DNA of 64,000 nt from NCBI GenBank assembly GCA_038131445.1, contig JAYPPL010000002.1, forward strand, positions 826 through 64,825. The letters run 5' to 3'. The translations under genes and the position numbers were made by a program. Source of the stretch: Alphaproteobacteria bacterium. GTDB lineage: Bacteria > Pseudomonadota > Alphaproteobacteria > UBA6615. Shown piece by piece: positions 52,366-61,376 of this stretch (position 1 is its first letter; each line of letters starts with the position of its first letter). The notes under the pieces were generated by a model. That model ran no database searches, had not been told where the DNA came from, and saw only the letters and a list, made by a program, of their open reading frames with translations.

Positions 52366-53667
52366 GTGTTCCAGTCGTTTCGCGGCGTACGAGCCACATT
52401 GTTCGGATGCTTAGTTCTCGTGACGGCGGCAGGCATGGCGTATGCCCAGTCGAAGGAGTTGTCCGGCCGTGCCAAAGCGCTCGACGCTAACGGCAATGGC
52501 ACCATCGAGAAGGACGAGGCGCGCGGTCCGCTCGCCGCCAATTTCGACACCATCGACAAGGATTCCAGCGGCGCGCTCGATGGCGCGGAAATCGGCGCCT
52601 TCTTCAGCGGCAGTGCAGGCGGCCCGCCGCCCGCGTCCGTGATTGTTGACGACGTAGTCGAACAGGTAGTCGGGCAGACGACACCAGTGGTCGGGCGTTT
52701 TGTAGTCCACCAGTCCGGTCCAGTCGCGGCCAAGATCGGCGGATCGGTCATCGAGATGGATGCGTCGGTCGGCGATCGGGTCACCGAGGGTGCACTGATC
52801 GCCGTGCTCGACAGGGACCGCCTCGCGCTGGAGCGTGACCGCATCGAAGCTATCGTGACCCAGCAGCGCGCCAACCTGACCGCAGCGCAGGCCGATCTCG
52901 AGAAGCGGCGCAACGCGCTCAAGCGTCTGGAAGGCATCCGCAAGTCCGCCGCGTTCTCCCAGGCGCGCTATGACGACATCCTGCAGGACGTGGCCTCGCA
53001 GACGGGTCAGGTCGCGGAGACCCGCGCCCAGCTCGTGCAGGCCGAAACCCAGCTCAAACGGGCCGAGCGTGATGTTTCCGACGCGGAAATCCGGGCGCCC
53101 TTCCCCGGCGTCATCAGCGAAACCCACACCGCGGTAGGCTCCTATCTCTCCATCGGCAGCCCCGTCGTCACGATCATCAACGACAACGCGCTGGATATCG
53201 AGGCGGATGTGCCGTCCGGCCGCCTCAAGGGCATCAAGCCAGGCACCATTGTATCCATACGCCTGGATAACGAAGCGCAAATCCGAGCGACCGTGCGAGC
53301 CATCGTGCCTAGCGAGAATCCCCGCACCCGCACGCGTCCGGTGCGGTTCACGCCCGAACTGGGCGACGGCGCCTATGCTGACAATCAGAGCATCACGGTC
53401 CTGCTCCCCGTGGGCAACGCTCGCACGGCGGTCACGGTATCCAAGGACGCGGTGATCGAACGCAACGGCAGCATGTCGGTCTTCGTTGTGCGCAACGGCG
53501 CGGCCGCGCCGGTTCCCGTCACTGTGGGCGAGGGTGTCGGCGACCGCTTCGTCGTAACGAGCGGCCTTTCGGCCGGCGACAAGGTGGTCATTCGCGGCAA
53601 TGAAGGCCTGCGGCCGGGTCAGCGGCTGAACATCATCAGCCCCGTGCAATCCCCGCGCGGAGGCTGA
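52366..53667 (+). CDS. efflux RND transporter periplasmic adaptor subunit with N-terminal paired EF-hand
   Basis: GTG 52366 follows AGGAGAG. Signal peptide ...LVLVTAAGMAYAQ. Two 12-residue EF-hand loops DANGNGTIEKDE and DKDSSGALDGAE. Then typical MFP barrel/lipoyl/coiled-coil segments. Confidence 0.88.
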   Translation: MFQSFRGVRATLFGCLVLVTAAGMAYAQSKELSGRAKALDANGNGTIEKDEARGPLAANFDTIDKDSSGALDGAEIGAFFSGSAGGPPPASVIVDDVVEQVVGQTTPVVGRFVVHQSGPVAAKIGGSVIEMDASVGDRVTEGALIAVLDRDRLALERDRIEAIVTQQRANLTAAQADLEKRRNALKRLEGIRKSAAFSQARYDDILQDVASQTGQVAETRAQLVQAETQLKRAERDVSDAEIRAPFPGVISETHTAVGSYLSIGSPVVTIINDNALDIEADVPSGRLKGIKPGTIVSIRLDNEAQIRATVRAIVPSENPRTRTRPVRFTPELGDGAYADNQSITVLLPVGNARTAVTVSKDAVIERNGSMSVFVVRNGAAAPVPVTVGEGVGDRFVVTSGLSAGDKVVIRGNEGLRPGQRLNIISPVQSPRGG

Positions 53668-53672
53668 TCACC

Positions 53673-56600
53673 GTGAACCTGATTTCCGGTTCGATCCACC
53701 GTCCCATCGCGGTCATCGCGGTAGTGATCATGGTCATTCTTTTCGGCTGGGTTGCGCTGCAGCGCATCCCAATCCAGCTAGCGCCCGATGTGCGCCAGCC
53801 CGTCATCATCGTGAAGACGTCGTGGTTCGGCGCGTCGCCGCTGGAAGTCGAGCGCGAGATCGTGAACCGCCAAGAAGAGGTCCTAAAGGGGTTGGAAGGG
53901 GTGCGCAAGATCGAGAGCACGGCGCGCACCGGTCAGTCCGAAATCACTCTGGAATTCAGCCCCAGCCAGAATATGGACCGGGCACTGCTGCTGGTGGCCA
54001 ACCGGCTGGACCGTGTCAGCGGTTATCCGGAAGAGGTTGATGAACCGACGCTGAACACCTCGGGCACAGACGACAACGCCATTGCCTGGTTCATCCTGAC
54101 CCGCGCCGACGGGAACGACCGCGAGATGGTGACCTATGGCGACTTCCTGGAGGATGTCGTCCAGGAACGCATCGAGCGCATCCCCGGCATTTCTGGCGTC
54201 AACATCTTCGGTGCCACCGAACGCGAGATGCGCGTGGTCATCGACCCTGAGCAGATGGCCCGTTTCCACCTGACCGTGGAAGACGTGGTCAATCGCCTGC
54301 GAGCGGAAAACGCCTCGATTTCTGGCGGCGATGTCGAGGAAGGCAAGCGCCGCTACGTTGTTCGGACAGAGGGCGACTTCAACCGCACCGAAGAAGTACT
54401 CGATGTCGTGCTGCGCTCCGACGCGGATCTCGGCGATGGCCGGATCGGCCGGATCACGGTGCGCGATATCGCCGACGTGACGCTGACCTACCGCAAGGCG
54501 GTCGCCCGACCGTATAATTTCGATGAACGCGCCATGGCCTTCAACATGACGCGCGAGCAGGGCGCAAACGTGCTGGCGGTGATGGACGCCGTAAAGACCG
54601 AAATCGCGAACCTGGCGGACGGGGCGCTGCGCGAGGTCGGCCTGCTGGTCCAGAACGTTTATGACGAGACGCTCTATGTGAATTCGGCCATTTCCCTGGT
54701 GCAACAGAATATCGTGCTCGGCGGTGTGCTTGCGGCCCTGATCCTGATGCTGTTCATGCGGTCTTGGCGGCCGACACTCGTCGTAACCCTCGCCATTCCC
54801 GTCTCGGTAGTTGGTTCCTTTGTGGCGATGGCGGCGCTCGGCCGGTCCCTCAATGTAATCAGCCTGGCCGGCATCGCGTTCGCCGTAGGCATGGTCGTCG
54901 ATGCCGCCATCGTGGTGCTGGAAAACATTTTCCGGCTGCGCCAGGAGGGCAAGTCGCGCGCCGAGGCTGCCTACCTAGGGGCCTCCCAGGTCTGGCCCGC
55001 CGTACTCGTTTCCTCACTCACCACGGTCATGGTGTTCATCCCTATCCTGGTCATGGAGCTTGAGGCCGGTCAGCTCTTCCGGGACATCGCGGTCGCGATC
55101 TCGGTCTCGGTCCTGCTGTCGCTGCTTGTCTCCGTCACGGTCATTCCGGCGCTGTCGAACCGGCTGCTCGTAGGCAGCGTGGCGGAGGGTGGGAAGATAA
55201 TCAGCCTGCCGGTGATTGACGATTTCGCGCATGGGTTCGTTACCTTCTGGCAGAAATTCACCGAGATGGTGGTCCGCTCGAAGCTGCGCGCGCTTGTTGT
55301 CGTGGCCGCCATCACCGTCGTCGCGGCGGCGTTCACGGTTGCCTTCGCACCGAAGCTCGACTATCTGCCGACTGGCAATCGAAACTTCGTGCTGGGCATC
55401 GTCAACGTGCCACCCGGCTACAACCTCGACACCGTGGCGGGCATTGCCGAGCAAATCGGCGAACGCACGCGGCCACTGTGGGCGAGCGAGACCGGACCCG
55501 AGGCCGAGCCGGGCCAACCGCCGAAGTTCGAGCGCTTCTTCCGTGTGCCGTTCTCCAACCGGGCCCTCATCGGCGGCGCGTCCGCCGATCCGGCTCGCGC
55601 GGCGGAGCTCGTCCAGGTCATCCAGAACGCATCTCAGGGTATTCCCGATGTGCGGGTCTTCTCCTTCCAGCCATCACTATTTGGCCGGTCCATCGGTGGC
55701 GGACGCTCCATTGATGTGGATATCCGCGGCCCTGACCTAGCCACTGTCTATGCCGTGGCGCAGCAGGTGGCGTTCCGGGTCTTCCCGATGTTCTCTTTCG
55801 CAAACGGACATCAGGTGCGTCCGATCCCCGGCCTCACCCTATCCGCGCCGGAAGTGCGTGTAGAGCCAGATCGTGTGCGCCTAGCCGACAACGGCTTGTC
55901 CGCGCGCGCGCTCGGCCAGGCCGTGGACGCCTTCAATGATGGTGTGCGCGTCGCCGAGGTGACCGTCGAAGGCAAGCGCATCGACCTTACCCTAATGGGC
56001 CCGCAGGACATGGTAGATCAGACCCAGGGGATCGGATCACTGCCCGTCGTCACCAGCGAGGGTCGGATCGTTCCGGTAGACGGGCTGGCGAATGTTCGAA
56101 TCACGTCGGGGCCGACGGAGATCCGGCGCAACGACCGAGTGCGCACGGTGACACTGCAGGTCACCCCGAACGCGCAGACGCCCCTTCAGGAGGCGCTGGA
56201 GAAGCTCGAAAACGAGGTCGTGAAGCCCATGCAGGAAGCGGGTCTGCCCAGCGGCGTCTCCGTAAACCTCACGGGAACGGCCGACAAGCTGATCGAGACC
56301 TGGGACGAGATGGTGATCGATCTCGCACTCGCCATCATCATTGTCTATCTGGTGATGGCGGTGCTGTTCGAGAGTTTCATCTATCCGCTCATCATCCTGC
56401 TGACAGTGCCGATCGCCGCGGCGGGCGGCATCGCGGGGCTGGCTGTGCTCAACATCTGGGTGAACCAGCCGCTCGACATGCTGACGATGCTGGGCTTCAT
56501 CATCCTGACCGGCATCGTGGTCAACAACGCCATCCTGCTGGTCCACCAGACGCTCTATCACATTCGTGAGGACAGCATGTCCGCCGACGACGCGATCATG

Positions 56601-56831
56601 CACGCGACCCAGAACCGCGTCCGTCCGATCTTCATGTCCACCCTGACGTCCGTGTTCGGCATGCTGCCGCTGGTGCTGTTCCCGGGCGCAGGCTCGGAGC
56701 TTTACCGGGGCCTCGGCTCGGTGGTGCTGGGCGGCCTGTCGCTGTCCGCAGTGCTGACGCTCGCCGTTGTCCCGCCGATGATGTCAATCACCGTTGGCTG
56801 GCGTGATACTGCGAAGGCGGCTGCGGCATAG
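53673..56831 (+). CDS. efflux RND transporter permease (AcrB/HAE family)
   Basis: 1052 aa with a GTG start after GCGGAGG. Typical 12-TM architecture with two large periplasmic loops. Confidence 0.95.
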   Translation: MNLISGSIHRPIAVIAVVIMVILFGWVALQRIPIQLAPDVRQPVIIVKTSWFGASPLEVEREIVNRQEEVLKGLEGVRKIESTARTGQSEITLEFSPSQNMDRALLLVANRLDRVSGYPEEVDEPTLNTSGTDDNAIAWFILTRADGNDREMVTYGDFLEDVVQERIERIPGISGVNIFGATEREMRVVIDPEQMARFHLTVEDVVNRLRAENASISGGDVEEGKRRYVVRTEGDFNRTEEVLDVVLRSDADLGDGRIGRITVRDIADVTLTYRKAVARPYNFDERAMAFNMTREQGANVLAVMDAVKTEIANLADGALREVGLLVQNVYDETLYVNSAISLVQQNIVLGGVLAALILMLFMRSWRPTLVVTLAIPVSVVGSFVAMAALGRSLNVISLAGIAFAVGMVVDAAIVVLENIFRLRQEGKSRAEAAYLGASQVWPAVLVSSLTTVMVFIPILVMELEAGQLFRDIAVAISVSVLLSLLVSVTVIPALSNRLLVGSVAEGGKIISLPVIDDFAHGFVTFWQKFTEMVVRSKLRALVVVAAITVVAAAFTVAFAPKLDYLPTGNRNFVLGIVNVPPGYNLDTVAGIAEQIGERTRPLWASETGPEAEPGQPPKFERFFRVPFSNRALIGGASADPARAAELVQVIQNASQGIPDVRVFSFQPSLFGRSIGGGRSIDVDIRGPDLATVYAVAQQVAFRVFPMFSFANGHQVRPIPGLTLSAPEVRVEPDRVRLADNGLSARALGQAVDAFNDGVRVAEVTVEGKRIDLTLMGPQDMVDQTQGIGSLPVVTSEGRIVPVDGLANVRITSGPTEIRRNDRVRTVTLQVTPNAQTPLQEALEKLENEVVKPMQEAGLPSGVSVNLTGTADKLIETWDEMVIDLALAIIIVYLVMAVLFESFIYPLIILLTVPIAAAGGIAGLAVLNIWVNQPLDMLTMLGFIILTGIVVNNAILLVHQTLYHIREDSMSADDAIMHATQNRVRPIFMSTLTSVFGMLPLVLFPGAGSELYRGLGSVVLGGLSLSAVLTLAVVPPMMSITVGWRDTAKAAAA

Positions 56832-56847
56832 GCAGCGGTCCATGTGG

Positions 56848-56892
56848 CGCAATCGTGCCACACATGTCACGGCACATCGCATTACGATTGCG
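56848..56892 (+). other. imperfect nested hairpin just after the RND stop
   Basis: CGCAATCGT (56848-56856) pairs with ACGATTGCG (56884-56892). An inner GTGCC/GGCAC pair is present. No T-run, so terminator status is unproven. Confidence 0.3.
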
Positions 56893-57006
56893 AAGTTGCG
56901 AATGGTCCCGGCCACAGTCTCGAAAGCATCAAATTCCTCGAGCCGCTCTACGAACCGTCGCGAAGGTCGCTCGAGAAGCGCGCGCTGGGTGCTCCACAAG
57001 CAGGGC

Positions 57007-57354
57007 GTGACCATCGATTTTGGCGCGTGCACCATCGATTTGATGATCTCAGATGTGACCTATTTCTACAACGCGGGCACCAACAGGTTGTTCGTCCTCG
57101 AGGACAACCCGCGCGGCAACGACGGGAACTTCGACAACGACACCGGCAATGTGGCCGAGACCTGAACGACGACCGCCAATCCCGGCAAGTTCACGACCAT
57201 GCCGACGGACGGGTCGTCCGTGCGGATTCGCGCAGCGGTCCTCAACGATGTCGATGCCAACGAAATCGCCCAAAGCGGCCGGGTCGAGATGACGATTCAG
57301 GACGCAGGCAGCGACACGATTATTTCCGGTAGCGCGACCGTCGCCCGCCAGTAG
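57007..57354 (+). pseudogene. orphan coding-like frame interrupted by an in-frame TGA
   Basis: GC3-rich frame VTIDFGACTIDLMISDVTYFYNAGTNRLFVLEDNPRGNDGNFDNDTGNVAET(TGA 57163-57165)TTTANPGKFTTMPTDGSSVRIRAAVLNDVDANEIAQSGRVEMTIQDAGSDTIISGSATVARQ*. No family recognised. Confidence 0.3.
57010..57041 (+). repeat. direct repeat ACCATCGATTT x2 with 21-nt period
   Basis: Exact 11-mers at 57010-57020 and 57031-57041, each containing the ATCGAT palindrome. Confidence 0.35.
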
Positions 57355-57371
57355 CACGCCGGCTTACCGGC

Positions 57372-58121
57372 CTAACGCAGGCCGGCGAGCACCTGCGGCG
57401 CGGTATCCTGGATCATCCGGATGTCCGACGTCGGGGTCACGAGGTCGAACCCGTCCGCCAGCATTTTCGCCGCGTAGTCGGTGCGTGTCGCATGGACCCC
57501 CGCCCGAATGCCGGCCGCATGGGCCGCCGCCAGTATTTGCGCGATCAGCTCCGCCACCGGCCCATCGAAATTGTCGTGTTTCGGCGGGTGGCCGTGGGAG
57601 AAGGCCAGGTCGGTCGGGCCGATATAAAGCCCTGTGAGGCCCGGCGTCTCCGCGATTTCCTTCAGGTTCGCCATGCCTTCAAGCGTCTCGATCATCGCAA
57701 ACGTGACGATCTCGTCATTCGCGGTTTTCAGATAGTCCGGCCCACCCACGAAGCCCCCACGATAGGCCCCGTTGGAGCGGATACCCTCCGGCGGATAACG
57801 GCAGGACGACACGAAGCGCTCGGCGTCCTCACGGCTGTTCACCATGGGGCAGATGATCCCGCAAGCCCCGGCGTCGAGGACCCGCATAATCACCGAAGGC
57901 TCGTTCCAAGGCACGCGCACGATGGGCGTGACATCGCTGGCCGCCATGGCCTGAAGCATGGGGATCGCCGTGGCCGCGTCGATGGAGGAATGCTGAAGAT
58001 CGATGGTCAGGCTGTCCCAGCCCTGATGGGCCATCACCTCGGCCAGTTGGGAGCCGGGCAGCCCCAGCCAGCCATTGACGGCGCCGTTCCCGGCCGCCCA
58101 CACGTAACGCAATTTGCTCAT
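57372..58121 (-). CDS. HpcH/HpaI family aldolase
   Basis: ATG 58121 (MSKLRYVWAAGNGAVNGWLGLPGSQLAEVMAH...DLQHSSID...VRVPWNEP...). Confidence 0.88.
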   Translation of the reverse strand: MSKLRYVWAAGNGAVNGWLGLPGSQLAEVMAHQGWDSLTIDLQHSSIDAATAIPMLQAMAASDVTPIVRVPWNEPSVIMRVLDAGACGIICPMVNSREDAERFVSSCRYPPEGIRSNGAYRGGFVGGPDYLKTANDEIVTFAMIETLEGMANLKEIAETPGLTGLYIGPTDLAFSHGHPPKHDNFDGPVAELIAQILAAAHAAGIRAGVHATRTDYAAKMLADGFDLVTPTSDIRMIQDTAPQVLAGLR

Positions 58122-58199
58122 TGAAGCGTTCCCCCCGCTCGCCAAACCCGCAGCTCTACCAGTCTGGCACGGGCCGGACCGGGCGCGCCAGCGCCGCAC

Positions 58200-58601
58200 T
58201 CAGTTTACAGAAGTTCCGGGCCCGTCCGCGCGCGGCGGCAGGACCGGTGAAGGCCCGGACTGGTGGTGCATGATGTGCCAGGTATCGCCGGAGCGGGCGA
58301 ACAGGTTCGTCGCGATCAGGTTGTGGCCACCGACCCGCTCGTAACAGACGACAATCCCGACATCGTTGAGGCAGCGCGCCGAGGCGCCGCGCATCTCGAT
58401 ATCGAAGGCCTCCTCGCCAGACAGGATGGCCTGCCAGCTCTCCAATACCGGACCGCGCCCCGACACGAGATCACCGCCGGGGTGAATCACGCTGACCGGC
58501 GCATCACCGGCCCAGATCGCGGACATGGCATCCATATCCGCCCCGGCGAACGCGGCATAGAACGCCTCGTTGGCAAACAGAATCTTTTCCTTTTCGCCCA
58601 T
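58200..58601 (-). CDS. NTF2-like (SnoaL/DUF4440-type) protein
   Basis: ATG 58601. ILFANEAFYAAFAGADMDAMSAIWAGDAPVSVIHPGG...WHIMHHQSG. The rest of ORF 58200..59924 is antisense to the flavoprotein gene. Confidence 0.7.
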   Translation of the reverse strand: MGEKEKILFANEAFYAAFAGADMDAMSAIWAGDAPVSVIHPGGDLVSGRGPVLESWQAILSGEEAFDIEMRGASARCLNDVGIVVCYERVGGHNLIATNLFARSGDTWHIMHHQSGPSPVLPPRADGPGTSVN

Positions 58602-58658
58602 CGATTTTTCTCCACCATCCCTTCTAGACTGGTCCGGACACATCCTGCAGCCGGTTTC

Positions 58659-60134
58659 ATGCCCCCCGATCCTACCGAAGCCTCCCTCGAATCGCTCGAA
58701 GCCCGAGTGGCGCGCGAACTCGAACTGATGGACCACCCCAAGACCGACTGGGTGCCGCCGCGCACCCATCCGTCCGGTGCCAAGGTGCACGATGTGGTGG
58801 TTATCGGGGCCGGACAGGCCGGACTGTCGATCCTGTTTTCCCTGATCCGCGAGAACATCCACAACATCGTCGCCTTCGACCGGAACCCGCGTGGCCGCGA
58901 AGGCCCGTGGATGACCTTCGCACGGATGGCGCAGCTGCGCACAAACAAGGACGTCACCGGCCCGGCGCTGGGCTTCCCATCGCTGACCCCGCGCGCCTGG
59001 TACACCGCCAGACATGGCGCGACAGCCTGGGACAAGTTGGTGCGCATTCCCCGCACCGAATGGCAGGACTACCTCGACTGGTATCGGGAGGTGCTGGACC
59101 TGCCGGTCATGAATGACACGGAGGTCGGGCCACTGGAGCCGGAGACACCCGGCGCCCCGGACAGCCTGATCCGCGTGCCCCTGCGCGCCACACGCGACGG
59201 CGGCAAGGACGGCCTGGTCTATGCGCGCGAAGTGGTGCTCGCCAACGGCATCGAGGGTTGCGGGGCCTGGGTCGTGCCGGACATCATCGCCGACAATCTG
59301 CCTCACGACCGCTACATGCAGGCCAACACGGAATTCGACGTGGAGCGGCTGCGCGGCAAACGCATCGCCGTGATCGGCGCAAACGCCAGCGGCTTCGACA
59401 TTGCCGCCGTGGCCCTGGAGACGGGAGCCGCGCGGGTCGATCTGCTGGTGCGCCGGCCAGAGATTCCCAAAATCAATGCCCACCGCCCGCTCGACAGCAA
59501 TGCGTGGCACCTGAACTACGCAGCGCTCGACGCCGAAACGCGCTGGCGGATCGCATCGCACGTCATGCGCAACAACCAGCCACCGCCCCAGGACAGCTTC
59601 GAGCGGGCGTGGAACCTGCCCGGCTTCCACATGCACGAGGATGCGACCATGCGCGCGGTGCGCATGGACGGCGACGAGGTGGTTATCGAGATACCGGGCG
59701 GGCGGCGGATCACGGCCGATCTGGTCGTCGCAGCCACAGGTTTTGTCTGCGATCTGTCGTTGCGCACGGAGACCTCGGCCTTCGCGGATGCCGCAGCGCT
59801 CTGGCGTGACCGCTACACGCCGCCGCCGGAGACTTCCTGGGAGACCATGGGCACCTATCCGTGGATCGACGAGGACTTCTGCTTCACCGAGCGCGAGCCG
59901 GGCGCTGCGCCCTGGCTGCGGCACATCCGCTGCTTCTCGCTAGGCACAAAGCCGAGCATCGGCCTGACCGGCGGGTCCGCGTCATCGATCCGGCATGCCG
60001 TGCCCCGGCTGACGCGCGCACTGGCGCGCAGCCTATTCCTGGGCGACGCCGAACAGCACGTCTCCGCGCTGCTCAACTTAAACCTTCCGGATCTCGTGAT
60101 ACCCGACCGCAAACCCCCGGACGGGGAACGCTAA
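58659..60134 (+). CDS. FAD/NAD(P)-binding oxidoreductase (two-dinucleotide-motif, flavin monooxygenase-like)
   Basis: ATG 58659. First motif VVVIGAGQAGLS, second motif IAVIGANASGFD. 491 aa. Confidence 0.8.
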   Translation: MPPDPTEASLESLEARVARELELMDHPKTDWVPPRTHPSGAKVHDVVVIGAGQAGLSILFSLIRENIHNIVAFDRNPRGREGPWMTFARMAQLRTNKDVTGPALGFPSLTPRAWYTARHGATAWDKLVRIPRTEWQDYLDWYREVLDLPVMNDTEVGPLEPETPGAPDSLIRVPLRATRDGGKDGLVYAREVVLANGIEGCGAWVVPDIIADNLPHDRYMQANTEFDVERLRGKRIAVIGANASGFDIAAVALETGAARVDLLVRRPEIPKINAHRPLDSNAWHLNYAALDAETRWRIASHVMRNNQPPPQDSFERAWNLPGFHMHEDATMRAVRMDGDEVVIEIPGGRRITADLVVAATGFVCDLSLRTETSAFADAAALWRDRYTPPPETSWETMGTYPWIDEDFCFTEREPGAAPWLRHIRCFSLGTKPSIGLTGGSASSIRHAVPRLTRALARSLFLGDAEQHVSALLNLNLPDLVIPDRKPPDGER

Positions 60135-60135
60135 A

Positions 60136-61341
60136 TCAGACGCGCTCGATGACCGTCGCGATCCCTTGGCCCACGCCGATGCACATGGTGCATAGCGCGT
60201 AACGGCCATCACGCTCGATCAGCTCGTAAGCCGCCGTCGTGGCCAACCGCGCGCCGCTGGCGCCCAGCGGATGGCCCAGCGCGATGGCGCCGCCATTCGG
60301 GTTGACGTTCTCGGCGTCGTCGGCGATGCCGAGGTCGCGCGTCACCGCCAGCGCCTGCGCGGCAAAGGCCTCATTCAGCTCGATCACGTCCATATCGGTG
60401 ATCTTCAGGCCGAGACGCTCCAGCAGCTTGTGGGTCGCCGGCGCGGGGCCGAAGCCCATGATGCGCGGCGGCACACCCGCCGTCGCCGTGCCGACGACAC
60501 GGGCCATCGGTGTCAGGCCGTATTTCTCGACCGCCGCCTCGGAGGCGATCAGCATGGCGCAGGCCCCGTCATTGACACCCGACGCATTGCCCGCCGTCAC
60601 GGTGCCGCCTTCGCGGAACGGAGCCGGCAGCTTCGCCAGCGTGTCGAGATCGGTGTCGGGGCGCGGATGTTCGTCCATATCGACGATCAGCGGATCACCA
60701 CGGCGCTGCTTCACCTCTACGGGCACGATTTCCTTGGCCAGACGGCCGTTTTCCAGCGCTATCTTGGTTCGCGCCTGGGACCGGAACGCGAAGGCGTCCT
60801 GGTCGGCGCGGGAAATCTGGAACTCCTCGGCCACGTTCTCCGCCGTCTCGGGCATGGAATCGACGCCGTATTCCTTCTTCATCTTCGGATTGATGAAACG
60901 CCAGCCGATGGTGGTGTCCTCGATCTGTGAGGAACGGGAAAACGGAGAGGTCGCCTTGGGAACCACGAACGGCGCGCGGGACATGCCCTCGACACCGCCC
61001 GCAACCACGAGTTCGGCTTCACCCGTCTTGATGGCGCGCGCACCGGCGGTGAGCGCTTCCAGGCCCGAACCGCAAAGCCGGTTCACGGTCGCACCCGGCA
61101 CATCGGACGGCAGACCCGCCAGCAGCAGCGCCATGCGCGCGACATTGCGGTTGTCCTCGCCGGCCTGATTGACGTTGCCGTAATAGACCTCGTCCACTTT
61201 ATCCCAGGCGACATCAGGGTTGCGCGCCATCAGTGCACGCATGGGGATGGCGCCCAGATCGTCGGTGCGGACCGACGACAGGGAGCCGCCGTAACGTCCG
61301 AAAGGCGTGCGGACCGCATCGCAAATGAAGGCTTCAGCCAT
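60136..61341 (-). CDS. acetyl-CoA C-acyltransferase, 3-oxoadipyl-CoA thiolase-like (PcaF/PaaJ type)
   Basis: ATG 61341 follows AGGAGAG. MAEAFICDAVRTPFGRYGG, NRLCGSGLEA, GHPLGASGARL, and CIGVGQG. Confidence 0.93.
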   Translation of the reverse strand: MAEAFICDAVRTPFGRYGGSLSSVRTDDLGAIPMRALMARNPDVAWDKVDEVYYGNVNQAGEDNRNVARMALLLAGLPSDVPGATVNRLCGSGLEALTAGARAIKTGEAELVVAGGVEGMSRAPFVVPKATSPFSRSSQIEDTTIGWRFINPKMKKEYGVDSMPETAENVAEEFQISRADQDAFAFRSQARTKIALENGRLAKEIVPVEVKQRRGDPLIVDMDEHPRPDTDLDTLAKLPAPFREGGTVTAGNASGVNDGACAMLIASEAAVEKYGLTPMARVVGTATAGVPPRIMGFGPAPATHKLLERLGLKITDMDVIELNEAFAAQALAVTRDLGIADDAENVNPNGGAIALGHPLGASGARLATTAAYELIERDGRYALCTMCIGVGQGIATVIERV

Positions 61342-61376
61342 GTTAGTTCTCTCCTGTGTCATGGACCGGCGCGCGC

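Noticed and set aside
52194-52943. Upstream extension of the HDAC-family ORF (51267..52943)
   Set aside because: The family sequence begins at MTTRYYFHP (ATG 52193). The extension is Ser/Arg/Pro-rich and overlaps the adaptor gene on the other strand.
57163-57165. In-frame TGA as a possible selenocysteine codon
   Set aside because: There is no convincing SECIS-like hairpin immediately downstream, no Cys-homologue context, and no selenoprotein machinery in the window. A pseudogene or two short ORFs is more economical.
56844-57332. 162-aa ORF beginning MAQSCHTCHG (a CXXCH haem-binding-like motif)
   Set aside because: Only the first ~45 codons look protein-like. The remainder is an Arg/Asp/Gln-rich frame overlapping the better GC3-supported frame. 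A lone CXXCH in GC-rich DNA is weak evidence.
58602-59924. N-terminal 440 codons of the 574-aa minus ORF 58200..59924
   Set aside because: This part is antisense to the flavoprotein gene. Only the last 133 codons (the NTF2-like protein from ATG 58601) look real.
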